Of a stretch of DNA of 64,000 nucleotides, positions 37,086-45,763 are shown in pieces. The notes under the pieces are model-generated. The model did no database searches. It had not been told where the DNA came from and saw only the letters and a list, made by a program, of their open reading frames with translations. The stretch is from sequence record MN871446.1, one strand, 5' to 3'. Numbering within the stretch: the stretch's first letter is position 1; each line of letters starts with the position of its first letter. Source of the stretch: Klebsiella phage KpLz-2_45. The position numbers were made by a program, and so were the translations under genes.

Positions 37086-37601
37086 TTAACGTTGACTAAA
37101 ATAACGTAGGTGTACCTCGGCGATAGACAACATATCACAGTGCACCGTATAGAGAGAAAGAAGCATCCCTTGATATTGATTTTTATTCATCCCTTTTTTC
37201 AGTTGGTCGAGCAAAAGCAAATGTTCGACAACGGAAGGGATTAACACATCAATAAACGCATAATAATCAGCGCGGCGTTTTTCGTGGTCAACTAACCACT
37301 CGTCGAGCTTATAGCGCGTGAGTGCTTGTTTCAGATTGTAGTTCTCTACAACGGCCTGATGCTCACTAAGGATTTCGTTTATTCGGTTAACGGTATCAGT
37401 GAACTCTTTCAATGGCCGGTAAAGATCTACATACTGCTCTCGGTAAGCTACGTCGTTAGGGACACTTTCACGGAGCTTGGCCATAGCGGTATAGAGGGTT
37501 TCAATGTTGTCACGAGTAACGGCATATTTCTCTCCTTTGTTGATTAATTTAAGGGCGGCTTTAACAGGGTCTAATTTCTGGCGGCGGAAGAACGAAAGCA
37601 C
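37086..37601 (-). CDS. Hypothetical protein (171 aa)
   Basis: AGGAGGA immediately precedes a GTG/TTG start. Confidence 0.45.
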   Translation of the reverse strand: MLSFFRRQKLDPVKAALKLINKGEKYAVTRDNIETLYTAMAKLRESVPNDVAYREQYVDLYRPLKEFTDTVNRINEILSEHQAVVENYNLKQALTRYKLDEWLVDHEKRRADYYAFIDVLIPSVVEHLLLLDQLKKGMNKNQYQGMLLSLYTVHCDMLSIAEVHLRYFSQR

Positions 37602-37673
37602 AACTCCTCCTGTTATTGATTATGAAATGATTTTACTTTACATAGAAGTGAAGTCAGCATCTTTTTAAACAGA

Positions 37674-37703
37674 TTTAAACCTTTCTCAATAAGGTGATAT
37701 AGT
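37674..37703 (+). promoter_or_regulatory. Sigma70-like promoter candidate: TTTAAA (-35), 18-nt spacer, TGaTATAGT extended -10
   Basis: Read directly from the sequence, 24 nt upstream of the ATG at 37727. It is the only plus-strand gene inside a long minus-strand block. Confidence 0.35.
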
Positions 37704-37726
37704 CTTGAAAAATAATGGAGTTTAAC

Positions 37727-38242
37727 ATGGCCGCGTATGAGCAAGTCGAAGAGTTTGAACCTATCCCGGAAGAAAAAGAAGGTGAAGTCCTGAGCGCCAG
37801 ACCTGCCGACGGAATGCCGCAAGACAGCGATGATCGTTTGGATTTTACCCAGAATGTTCGTGCGCTGATTGTCAATGAGATTATCAAAGGCGGGAAGGTT
37901 CCAGTTAATGACAAAGACCAGATGAGCATCCTGAAAGATGCGTTAGATGGCATCGACCGTCAGGAATTAGGGAAGAAGAAAATCTCAGCCAAGAAAGAAG
38001 AGACCGCTGCAAACATTAATAACGTGGCTAAGATGTTGGAACGCTTCAGTATGGAAGTGAGTCGTAGCACCAACGGGGCACCAATGGAAAAAATGTTGGC
38101 AGAGAAACCGAAACGCGACCCTTCCGTTTTCAATCGTGACGTAAGAGCCCAGTTCCCCGATATCAATGAATCAGAACTGGAACTGACGCGCCGTGAAGAA
38201 AGCAGTGAAGAATTCTTCGAGCGGATGAAAGAAGACGAATAG
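37727..38242 (+). CDS. Small acidic protein (~171 aa), orphan plus-strand gene
   Basis: GGAG-N6-ATG gives MAAYEQVEEFEPIPEEKEGE.... Very acidic N- and C-terminal stretches (EESSEEFFERMKEDE). Confidence 0.5.
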   Translation: MAAYEQVEEFEPIPEEKEGEVLSARPADGMPQDSDDRLDFTQNVRALIVNEIIKGGKVPVNDKDQMSILKDALDGIDRQELGKKKISAKKEETAANINNVAKMLERFSMEVSRSTNGAPMEKMLAEKPKRDPSVFNRDVRAQFPDINESELELTRREESSEEFFERMKEDE

Positions 38243-38248
38243 CGCATA

Positions 38249-38276
38249 AGACAGAGAGGGGAATCCCTCTCTGTCT
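38249..38276. terminator. Bidirectional terminator agacagagaggg-gaat-ccctctctgtct between convergent genes
   Basis: 12-bp perfect stem. Confidence 0.75.
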
Positions 38277-38280
38277 ATAA

Positions 38281-38982
38281 TCAAAAGGGGGCATTGAAAT
38301 ATTCAACACTGATAAATCTGATTGTCCAGGAAGGGGAGACATATTGTTCAGACAATTGGTGAACGTCATCAAGAAGATCTTTAAAATACGCAAAATCTTC
38401 AACGTTCGGTTTGGTCTGGAATAACGCCGGACCAATCAATTCTGTATTAAGAAGATTGACCGACTCCTGTGTCTCGATATGCTCCTCCAGCCAGCCAATG
38501 ATATCGTAATGAATAAAATGCGTAAAATCACTGGCCACAGATTGCGGGGTCAGTTGTTTATCGCTTTTTCTCACCCAATCTATTTTGGTCTGCGGGTGAA
38601 GGAACGTTTTGATGGCCTTGGACAATGATTCCCTGACGTTATTGGTGAGTCGATATGGGTATTCGTTTACCGTCACGGAAACGTTGAGGTCTGTAGGTGA
38701 GATACGTGGACCTTGCTCCGACCCTTCAATAATTTCCTTAATGACCCCGATCAATTTCGATCTGACCGATTTCTTCAGGATCTCGGAATCACGTCCCCGA
38801 TAAGCCTTTCTCCATGCCTCTTCTGTAATTCCTAACCCTTCCCAAATCACCCAATCACCACGACGACGACCATAGCCCTTGGCGATCATGTTAACGGCTT
38901 TGTCAAAATTAAGACTCAATGCCACCGACATTCGAGTATCGAGTAGATCGTCTAGCCTGAGGTGGATACGTAGCGGTCTCAT
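38281..38982 (-). CDS. Hypothetical protein (233 aa)
   Basis: ORF only. Confidence 0.5.
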   Translation of the reverse strand: MRPLRIHLRLDDLLDTRMSVALSLNFDKAVNMIAKGYGRRRGDWVIWEGLGITEEAWRKAYRGRDSEILKKSVRSKLIGVIKEIIEGSEQGPRISPTDLNVSVTVNEYPYRLTNNVRESLSKAIKTFLHPQTKIDWVRKSDKQLTPQSVASDFTHFIHYDIIGWLEEHIETQESVNLLNTELIGPALFQTKPNVEDFAYFKDLLDDVHQLSEQYVSPSWTIRFISVEYFNAPF

Positions 38983-39455
38983 CCCTGTTCACCCAGTTCA
39001 GTGAAACTCGGGTAAACAAACCCAAGGGACATCAACGGAATAATCCACGTGTTCGCTTCGTAGAGCGAGAGGATTTCGTTAAACTTCACAGTCCACATCT
39101 GAGCGTCATTAGGGACAACAGAAAGGTCTTGTATTTCTGACTGCGTCGGTCGATTCGCTGACGCGTTAGCAAACGAGTCAATGATCTGACTGAGTTCTTT
39201 ACGCGTGAATGGGCTCAATGCAAAGAACCGTAAACCAAATACGTAGTTAACCAGTATATCCCGGGAATGAATCTCATTTTGAACCGAGATTAACTGATCA
39301 CGGGTAACCAGTAATGGTTGCGCAGTTACGGAATAATATTGCGATACAAACCCGGTAAAGACATCGATGTCAGTTGGGTCTTTCAGGTCGTTCTTAAAAG
39401 CCAGTGTGAACTGATGTGCCTGGCCAGAGAGAATTTCAATTTCTTCTTTGATCAT
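38979..39455 (-). CDS. Hypothetical protein (158 aa)
   Basis: 4-nt overlap with the downstream gene (translational coupling). Confidence 0.5.
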   Translation of the reverse strand: MIKEEIEILSGQAHQFTLAFKNDLKDPTDIDVFTGFVSQYYSVTAQPLLVTRDQLISVQNEIHSRDILVNYVFGLRFFALSPFTRKELSQIIDSFANASANRPTQSEIQDLSVVPNDAQMWTVKFNEILSLYEANTWIIPLMSLGFVYPSFTELGEQG

Positions 39456-39457
39456 GG

Positions 39458-40132
39458 CTATTTATCCAACGTGGTGTCGAGGTGAGCTGTACGCAGGAGC
39501 GTGGCGAAGTTTTTCGTGGCAGTAACGCCTGTACCCCATTCTTTGGCGTTCGCCACAGTTCCTTCACCGGTAAGCGAGATATCGGTTTCCAGTTTCTGGT
39601 TAGCGCCTTCATCACCCCCACGTACCGAGATCAGTTCGCGGATTAATACATTACCGCCCAGGGATTCAATGTTGTTGAGTTCCGGGAAGGAAATACGTGA
39701 GCCTTTCGACGGACCCGTCACCTGGCCAGTGAGATCATCCACGTGTGTATTATCGTCGGGGATACTCTGCTTATCTTCGATCATCTGCTGTAAGCGAATA
39801 ACGCCCTCACGAATGACCATATAGCGAACAGGCGTAGTAAAGACCTTTTTCGTTTCCGGGTCTTCCATTTCAAGGTACTGGAAGAATTCCACACCCCAGC
39901 GTTTTGCCACGGCCTTAAGATGGGCGTTGTCGTAGATTGGTGACGTTAGGTTAGGTAAGGTAGCGGAGATCATGGGTTTTCCTTGGCGGATACCTTCCAT
40001 GATGCCGTCAAACTCTTCGTCACTCAGTGCTTCCAGATCTTTGCCAATTTGCATGGCGTTTCCTGATCCGGGAAAGAGTTCTTCCATCAGCCTTACGCAA
40101 ACCGCTGTGGCGGCGACGCGGTTTTTCATTTT
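39458..40132 (-). CDS. Hypothetical protein (~224 aa)
   Basis: AAAGAGG-N6-ATG at 40132 (MKNRVAATAV...) is preferred over the track start at 40222. Confidence 0.45.
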   Translation of the reverse strand, partial: KMKNRVAATAVCVRLMEELFPGSGNAMQIGKDLEALSDEEFDGIMEGIRQGKPMISATLPNLTSPIYDNAHLKAVAKRWGVEFFQYLEMEDPETKKVFTTPVRYMVIREGVIRLQQMIEDKQSIPDDNTHVDDLTGQVTGPSKGSRISFPELNNIESLGGNVLIRELISVRGGDEGANQKLETDISLTGEGTVANAKEWGTGVTATKNFATLLRTAHLDTTLDK

Positions 40133-40505
40133 TAACCTCTTTAGGAATAGTGATACTGCGATGGGAAACGCGGTATTCGGATATCCGGCGAACCACGTCA
40201 CCTGTCCCCTTAGATTCCCCATCCCAGAACGTTACACAGTGTGTAGCCACTGCCATCATTTCGGCATTACGAATAAATCCTGCGCCTTTCCCCTTTCCGT
40301 CCCAATCTGCTGGGAAGGTTAAACAACGGAGTCCTCTCCGTAATGCATATAGGAACGCCAGGTAATCCGTCCCGTTAGCACCGCCTTCCAGAATGACAAT
40401 TTCTTCTGGGGGGAACCGAGACGTGAGTTTATCCATATGTTTTGCAAACTGGTAATAGTTACGGTAATGACGGCAACCCGAAACCATCACCTTGAACCGT
40501 GCCAT
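40020..40505 (-). CDS. DUF2493/SLOG-family (Smf/DprA-LOG-like) protein
   Basis: ILEGGANGTDYLAFLYALRRGLRCLTFPADWDGKGKGAGFIRNAEMMAVATHCVTFWDGESKGTGDVV closely matches the DUF2493 pattern sGGAkGADrlae.wA...g.pv.vfpAdWdrhGkaAGpiRN..M......v.afwdGkSrGT. The Arg-rich C-terminal tail overlaps the next gene by about 113 nt. Confidence 0.55.
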   Translation of the reverse strand: MARFKVMVSGCRHYRNYYQFAKHMDKLTSRFPPEEIVILEGGANGTDYLAFLYALRRGLRCLTFPADWDGKGKGAGFIRNAEMMAVATHCVTFWDGESKGTGDVVRRISEYRVSHRSITIPKEVKNEKPRRRHSGLRKADGRTLSRIRKRHANWQRSGSTE

Positions 40506-40792
40506 TATTTACCCCAACGGAAAATAATATCTGGGAGGACACGGTCTGAGAAATCCGATAGCCAGGCATCGATGCCGTTATCGGTTGAAATCTGTAGTAC
40601 ATTACGAGACGCTCTCGGAGAGATGGTTTTTAGTTCCTTCTCCCAGAACGCATTGATCTCTTGCATCTCGACCCGATTACTGGAGCGTACTCGCTCTTCG
40701 TGATTAAATTTGCGATCAAACAAATTCGCCACGCCGTGCGAGTACTGCGACAGTAACATGGTCATGTGAAAACGTGCTTCTTGACGTACCAT
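40505..40792 (-). CDS. Small hypothetical protein (95 aa)
   Basis: ORF only; abuts the DUF2493 start. Confidence 0.35.
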   Translation of the reverse strand: MVRQEARFHMTMLLSQYSHGVANLFDRKFNHEERVRSSNRVEMQEINAFWEKELKTISPRASRNVLQISTDNGIDAWLSDFSDRVLPDIIFRWGK

Positions 40793-40812
40793 GTTACACC
40801 TCGATAACTACA

Positions 40813-42228
40813 TTACTGTTTCCAGTAAGGTTTGTATTTACCCATTGCAATTCTGATCAGGTCATAGCTGCTCAGGAAATGTTTCTCTTCTTTGATTTCC
40901 TTGAACTGCCAATGGCCGCGAGTTTCCCCTAACAGCTCGTCCCAATCGTAACCTTGCTCTTTGATCTTTTCGAAGATCTCTGGCGGGGTCATCGCGTAAC
41001 CTTCCAATTTCCACATGAAGTTACGAATCTGACACAGACCAGAGGTCAGCTCTAACGCACGGCGCAGTTTATAGTCGTCGTCGATTTTGTCACGGACGGC
41101 GTTACGCGTGAAAGATACTTCCGGGTAGATCGCCAGAGAGAGGTTAGTTGTATTACTACCCATCCCGTAATACTTATTCGTTTCGCGCAGGTAGTGTAGC
41201 TGAGTTAAGTGAACGAGTAAGCCTTCTGCCTGAGAGAAGACCAGCTCAAACGGTGCACCGGATTGACCGTATTTACCGCGCAGGTTCATACAACGGACTT
41301 TAACGAGGTCTTTGTCTTCCTTCGATCCCATTTCACCGCGACCGTAAAGCGGAAGACGCGAGCCGTCAGTTAGCGGAGAACGACCGTGAACAAACCACAT
41401 GTTATTCGGAATAAAGGTGAATTTTTCGGTGGCGTTCTTGATCGTCTTACCGGACTGGAGGTCGGCCATGATCTTGTGCGGTGGCGCATTCGGGTCCATG
41501 TTCGCTTTCGCCCCGATATGGGCAGTTAACATGGAATAGAACGAATGGCGGCCATTGAGCCCCGGCATCTGCATCATGATCTGGGTTTTGTAACGCCCGT
41601 CGTTCATGAAGATCATGTTGTTGTCTTTCGAGCCGATTTCGTTATCGCCAAATTTTTCTTCAATGGCATCAAAAGACATCATTGACCAGGAATCGATTTC
41701 TTCCATGGTTGGCGGATACATCTTGATCAGCTGTCCGTCATGGTTAGGGAACGGAGTGGTCAACATAGGGACTTTCGTTTTCTTATCGACTTTCATTTCG
41801 CCGTATTTTTTACGGACGTCCCAATAGTCGTTCCCGGACATTTTTAACATGTTAGTGAAGAGAAACTTTTCATTCTCTTCGAGACCGTGTTCGGTGATAC
41901 GCGGCATTCTGGCAGCACGGTACCCTAAACCTTCAATATCTTTAGAGCCTTCGGTCTCGTAGAAAAAGCTGTTGACGGCATCGTAGTACAGTTCCTGAGG
42001 CTGTAACATCATGAAATCAGCCAGGGTCGATTTAAACTGGTTGTTCTCGCCTACGACGGCGTTGATATTCGCCACCCCACCGTTTAAATACATTTCCCCG
42101 GCTTCGCCTTCGACGTAACGACCAGAGAAATGATCAAACAAACAGTTGGTGTTCAGTTTAGGGGTAGAGGCATCGGCTTTCTTATCTTCGCTCATGACAC
42201 CCGCCGGGCTCAGTGAAAATCCGCTCAT
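40813..42228 (-). CDS. Hypothetical protein (471 aa)
   Basis: Long ORF; no motif. Confidence 0.5.
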   Translation of the reverse strand: MSGFSLSPAGVMSEDKKADASTPKLNTNCLFDHFSGRYVEGEAGEMYLNGGVANINAVVGENNQFKSTLADFMMLQPQELYYDAVNSFFYETEGSKDIEGLGYRAARMPRITEHGLEENEKFLFTNMLKMSGNDYWDVRKKYGEMKVDKKTKVPMLTTPFPNHDGQLIKMYPPTMEEIDSWSMMSFDAIEEKFGDNEIGSKDNNMIFMNDGRYKTQIMMQMPGLNGRHSFYSMLTAHIGAKANMDPNAPPHKIMADLQSGKTIKNATEKFTFIPNNMWFVHGRSPLTDGSRLPLYGRGEMGSKEDKDLVKVRCMNLRGKYGQSGAPFELVFSQAEGLLVHLTQLHYLRETNKYYGMGSNTTNLSLAIYPEVSFTRNAVRDKIDDDYKLRRALELTSGLCQIRNFMWKLEGYAMTPPEIFEKIKEQGYDWDELLGETRGHWQFKEIKEEKHFLSSYDLIRIAMGKYKPYWKQ

Positions 42229-42334
42229 TGATAATCCTTGGTTCTGTTTTATGAATTGTCTTCATTACAATTAAGGAAGGTATTTAATTTTATGTTAACG
42301 CTCTTTAGATTACTGACTACATAAGGTATAGATC

Positions 42335-43207
42335 ATGCCATTCTCAATGGAATATTTGAACGCTGAAAAAAATGCTATTATTGCAATGACCAAAGAAATC
42401 CCTGTCCACTCCACGCCCAGTAACGAAGCGCTCTCTATCCAACGGGCAGCGATGGGTGTCGTCGATCGCTTTGCTGGGTTCCTGAATAAAATTGCGGGGC
42501 GCTTTAGCAGTCCAGTTGATAAACTGAGCGATTTTAAAGACAGTGCGAAACCTAAAACCAGTCAACAGATCAAACTGGAAAAAGCACTGGATTCTATACT
42601 GTACGCGGATATCACCGGTCAGCGTGTACAAGTGGTTCCGGGTTTATCTGGTACCTGGCTGGAACTGCTAGATTCATGGAGACTCCCGGTGAAATTTTCC
42701 GTGGACTTTTACGACGATTACCTGAATCCGTTTGAAAAATTCCTGGCAGTCGCCATTACTGACCCAGAAAAATTCACTACCGTAGGGACAGTGAATCGTA
42801 TCAGTCAAATTGACATTGATTCTCACATTCAGTCGTTGACCGCTTATCTGAAAGGGAATGTGAAAACTAACCTTCGCGCTTACGGTGAATGTACCGAACG
42901 TAACGGTGATACGGTTAAGGTTTACGCTAAGACCCAAGAGATTTCTACCGCACTTCATAAGGGTAATTTGGACCTCGTGAAAGGCACCGTTGATCGCTGT
43001 GCAGAGATGTTGGAAACTCTGTCTAAACAAATCAAGGACAGTAACTTACCCTATCGTCTTAATGCTAAGACCATTAACGATCTGACCGAGGTCGTTTTCC
43101 AGATGGCGAAAATGGCGGAGCTTTACGCAGCGACTTACACCTACGTTGAATCCCAACGGACGGCAATGGATGAAACTGCTGAGAAACTGATTGCTTTAGC
43201 AAAATAA
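42335..43207 (+). CDS. Hypothetical protein (290 aa)
   Basis: Divergent from the 40813..42228 gene across an AT-rich 106-nt region. Confidence 0.5.
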   Translation: MPFSMEYLNAEKNAIIAMTKEIPVHSTPSNEALSIQRAAMGVVDRFAGFLNKIAGRFSSPVDKLSDFKDSAKPKTSQQIKLEKALDSILYADITGQRVQVVPGLSGTWLELLDSWRLPVKFSVDFYDDYLNPFEKFLAVAITDPEKFTTVGTVNRISQIDIDSHIQSLTAYLKGNVKTNLRAYGECTERNGDTVKVYAKTQEISTALHKGNLDLVKGTVDRCAEMLETLSKQIKDSNLPYRLNAKTINDLTEVVFQMAKMAELYAATYTYVESQRTAMDETAEKLIALAK

Positions 43208-43213
43208 ACATAA

Positions 43214-43246
43214 GAGAATGGGAGAGGGTTGACCTCTCCCATTCTC
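43214..43246. terminator. Bidirectional terminator gagaatgggagag-ggttgacc-tctcccattctc
   Basis: 12-13-bp stem between convergent genes. Confidence 0.7.
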
Positions 43247-43249
43247 ACT

Positions 43250-43627
43250 TTATGACACTGCCGACAACGAATGCATGTTGACAATATTTTTCAGTTCCTG
43301 ACGAAGTGTGAACTCGCCATCCTCCACGCCTTCTTTTAACCAGCGGGGGATCATCTCTTCGAAGTAATTAGCGACCTTTTCGTGCGGTAAGGTTCTAATC
43401 GCTTCGCACTGTTTTTCATCCCAAAGAATCTCAGGGAGAATCGTACCTAGCAATAATCCTTTGGAATCCGTTGTCAAGTTTAAGCGACGATTCATACTCG
43501 AAGCTAATCGTTGACATCCACCCGAACGACCAGAGAGTAGCGTGTAAAAAGAACCCAATATTAAAACACGTCGACCTTTCGTCGTAAAGAGTTTAGGTCC
43601 GAAGACCGCTAAAAGTATTTTGATCAT
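43250..43627 (-). CDS. Hypothetical protein (125 aa)
   Basis: ORF only. Confidence 0.4.
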   Translation of the reverse strand: MIKILLAVFGPKLFTTKGRRVLILGSFYTLLSGRSGGCQRLASSMNRRLNLTTDSKGLLLGTILPEILWDEKQCEAIRTLPHEKVANYFEEMIPRWLKEGVEDGEFTLRQELKNIVNMHSLSAVS

Positions 43628-45282
43628 AGTTTACCCGTGATCTCAAAAAGGTTAGAATTGAGCGACGCAGTAAACAGCGTGTCACCGTCCACTTCCATTA
43701 ACGTGGCGTAACGGAAAGCACGCGTGCCATCTGGCCATGTGATGACGCGTATTCTGAGGTCTTCAGAACCCAACGCGTTGACCGTATTCCTTAACGGGAT
43801 ATCTTGTCCTATTTTTAATTTGATTGTGGCTTTCCCTGTTGTCCCGTCAGCCAGTTGGTAATTAGCTGTAACAGAAATTGCCTTATTCGGCGGGTCCATG
43901 GCCTCAGTGGGTTTTGTAACAGGTTTCTTTTTCCCTTCTTGGGTCGTCTTCACACAGTATGAAGTGATATCCGTGATCGTCGTTTTTCCCTTGCCTGTAA
44001 ACCCGTATCCTAACATGGTCAGAAGTGTCTCAAACCGCGTCAACAGACGGAAACCTAAAAAGGTCGGTCTCAGCTCCTCAATAAGCGCAACTTTATCCGG
44101 AGACCGGATAGTGCTCTTCTCGGCGTCGTCCCATAAGACAGAACGTTTGTCCTGTATCAGACTGACGTATCGATCTGCGTTAAGGATATTTTCAAGATGA
44201 CCCAGCGTCATGATCTGAGTGCCGTCGTAGTACCGGCTCTTCAGAAACTCTCCGAGTAATTCCAGGACAGGTTCTTTTTCCTTAGCGAAGAGGATGGCTA
44301 CTTTAGCAGTGGCAGTGGCCTTACCGATCATGTCGACTTCGGTGTCGTTACCGTGGTTCCCGAAGAAATAAACGTAGCGATCGTCATAGTCAACTTTGTA
44401 ATGTGTCCGGTCAGTTAACGCATACCACCAACGTTGTTCCAGTAAGCGATTACTGGTTTTGGTGTTTTGTACGTATCCTTTACGGTCTGAAATGAGATAA
44501 ACGGTTTTACCGGGTTCATCGCGTTCCAGAATCATTCCGCGGTTGGCGTTGTAATCAGCACGTTCATTCCCTGTATAACCAGCGTGACCTGGGATATACC
44601 CAAATAACATTCTGGTTTTCCCTTCCTCAACAATACTGTCGAAGAGAGAACAGAGCAATTGCCAAAGATCTTTGTTTTGGACAGGTCGACGGTCAGCAGT
44701 TAACCAACCGTTTCTTTCCCAGTTAACACGATAGAAAAGTAACCCTTCTAAAACATATTTCGAGTCCGCAAAAATAACAGACTCTTTTGGGCTCTTTTCT
44801 TTGACAATTGTGAGACTGTTTAACATCCCCATTAACTCAGTAAAGTTATTACTGGTTTTGTACTGACCACCGTATGCATCAATAAAGCTGATGGGGTTGA
44901 CAGGCTTCACCGTTTTATTTTCATCGGCGTGTAAGATAAGATAGTTTTTATCTACCTGCCCAGTGAAGCCCGTCTCTTCATCTGCCTTAGTGACGACATC
45001 TTTACACCGGTGTTGTCTACCGTCGACATAACCGATGTTAGTAAACGCACCCTTAGCCTTTTTAATCTTCGCTTCTTTCTTGTCCGCAACCGGGTACGAA
45101 TATCCGTGAATGCCCCAGCCAGAAAGTAACGTTTGGGTATTACTTCCGCCGTCGCAGAATAAAACAAGATTAAAACTGCCCGGTTCTGGGAATTCACCTT
45201 CCCACGGTTGCTCAATCTTCATGTTCAGAAGTTCCTGTTTCAAAGTATGTTCAGAAGAATAAAGCGTCGCGTAAGAAATCAA
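43624..45282 (-). CDS. RNase HI-like domain, interrupted by an insertion and fused to a ~300-aa C-terminal region of unknown function
   Basis: LVLFCDGGS...GWGIHGY is the N-terminal RNase H strand motif. ...LWQLL...GYIPGHAGYTGNERADYNANRG matches the C-terminal GH.G..NE.AD.LA motif. A ~60-aa lysine-rich insert lies between them. 552 aa in total. Confidence 0.55.
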   Translation of the reverse strand: MISYATLYSSEHTLKQELLNMKIEQPWEGEFPEPGSFNLVLFCDGGSNTQTLLSGWGIHGYSYPVADKKEAKIKKAKGAFTNIGYVDGRQHRCKDVVTKADEETGFTGQVDKNYLILHADENKTVKPVNPISFIDAYGGQYKTSNNFTELMGMLNSLTIVKEKSPKESVIFADSKYVLEGLLFYRVNWERNGWLTADRRPVQNKDLWQLLCSLFDSIVEEGKTRMLFGYIPGHAGYTGNERADYNANRGMILERDEPGKTVYLISDRKGYVQNTKTSNRLLEQRWWYALTDRTHYKVDYDDRYVYFFGNHGNDTEVDMIGKATATAKVAILFAKEKEPVLELLGEFLKSRYYDGTQIMTLGHLENILNADRYVSLIQDKRSVLWDDAEKSTIRSPDKVALIEELRPTFLGFRLLTRFETLLTMLGYGFTGKGKTTITDITSYCVKTTQEGKKKPVTKPTEAMDPPNKAISVTANYQLADGTTGKATIKLKIGQDIPLRNTVNALGSEDLRIRVITWPDGTRAFRYATLMEVDGDTLFTASLNSNLFEITGKL

Positions 45283-45704
45283 GGGTGACGGCGTTGAAAT
45301 TCCTCAATGATGTGATGGCTTTGGGCGTCGCACGCGCTGGGCGTCTTGGTACAAATTCTCTGGAGTTCAGAGAGTTCCAGACGGGCGTCATTTTCCCAGC
45401 CAAATTTTTCCATGGTCAACGTATGAATATCGGCTTCATAACGATCGCGGCTGATTCCTGATACCGGTTGATTACTGGCATCGGAAAGACGTTTTAACGC
45501 GGCATTATAATTACGATATAATTCACGGTATTTGACATAACCTACCGTTGACGACAAACCAAGAGTGAAAATTAAAATGGTTATTATCGTACGATAGAAG
45601 TAACGCTTCCTTTTCGGGGGTGGTTCTCTGGTATTATCCAAACGGTATTGCTCCCGTATGAAATAATACAAGTACGGTAAAAAACGCAAGAAAAAGTAAT
45701 TCAC
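45279..45704 (-). CDS. Membrane-anchored protein (141 aa)
   Basis: A basic N-terminus, then the hydrophobic segment IITILIFTLGLSSTVGYV; its stop overlaps the start of the RNase H-like gene. Confidence 0.45.
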   Translation of the reverse strand: MNYFFLRFLPYLYYFIREQYRLDNTREPPPKRKRYFYRTIITILIFTLGLSSTVGYVKYRELYRNYNAALKRLSDASNQPVSGISRDRYEADIHTLTMEKFGWENDARLELSELQRICTKTPSACDAQSHHIIEEFQRRHP

Positions 45705-45763
45705 GGCGGTACCTCCGCTGACAGGTTCTTTTCCTGTTTAATAATAATTATGGAGTAGAAACA

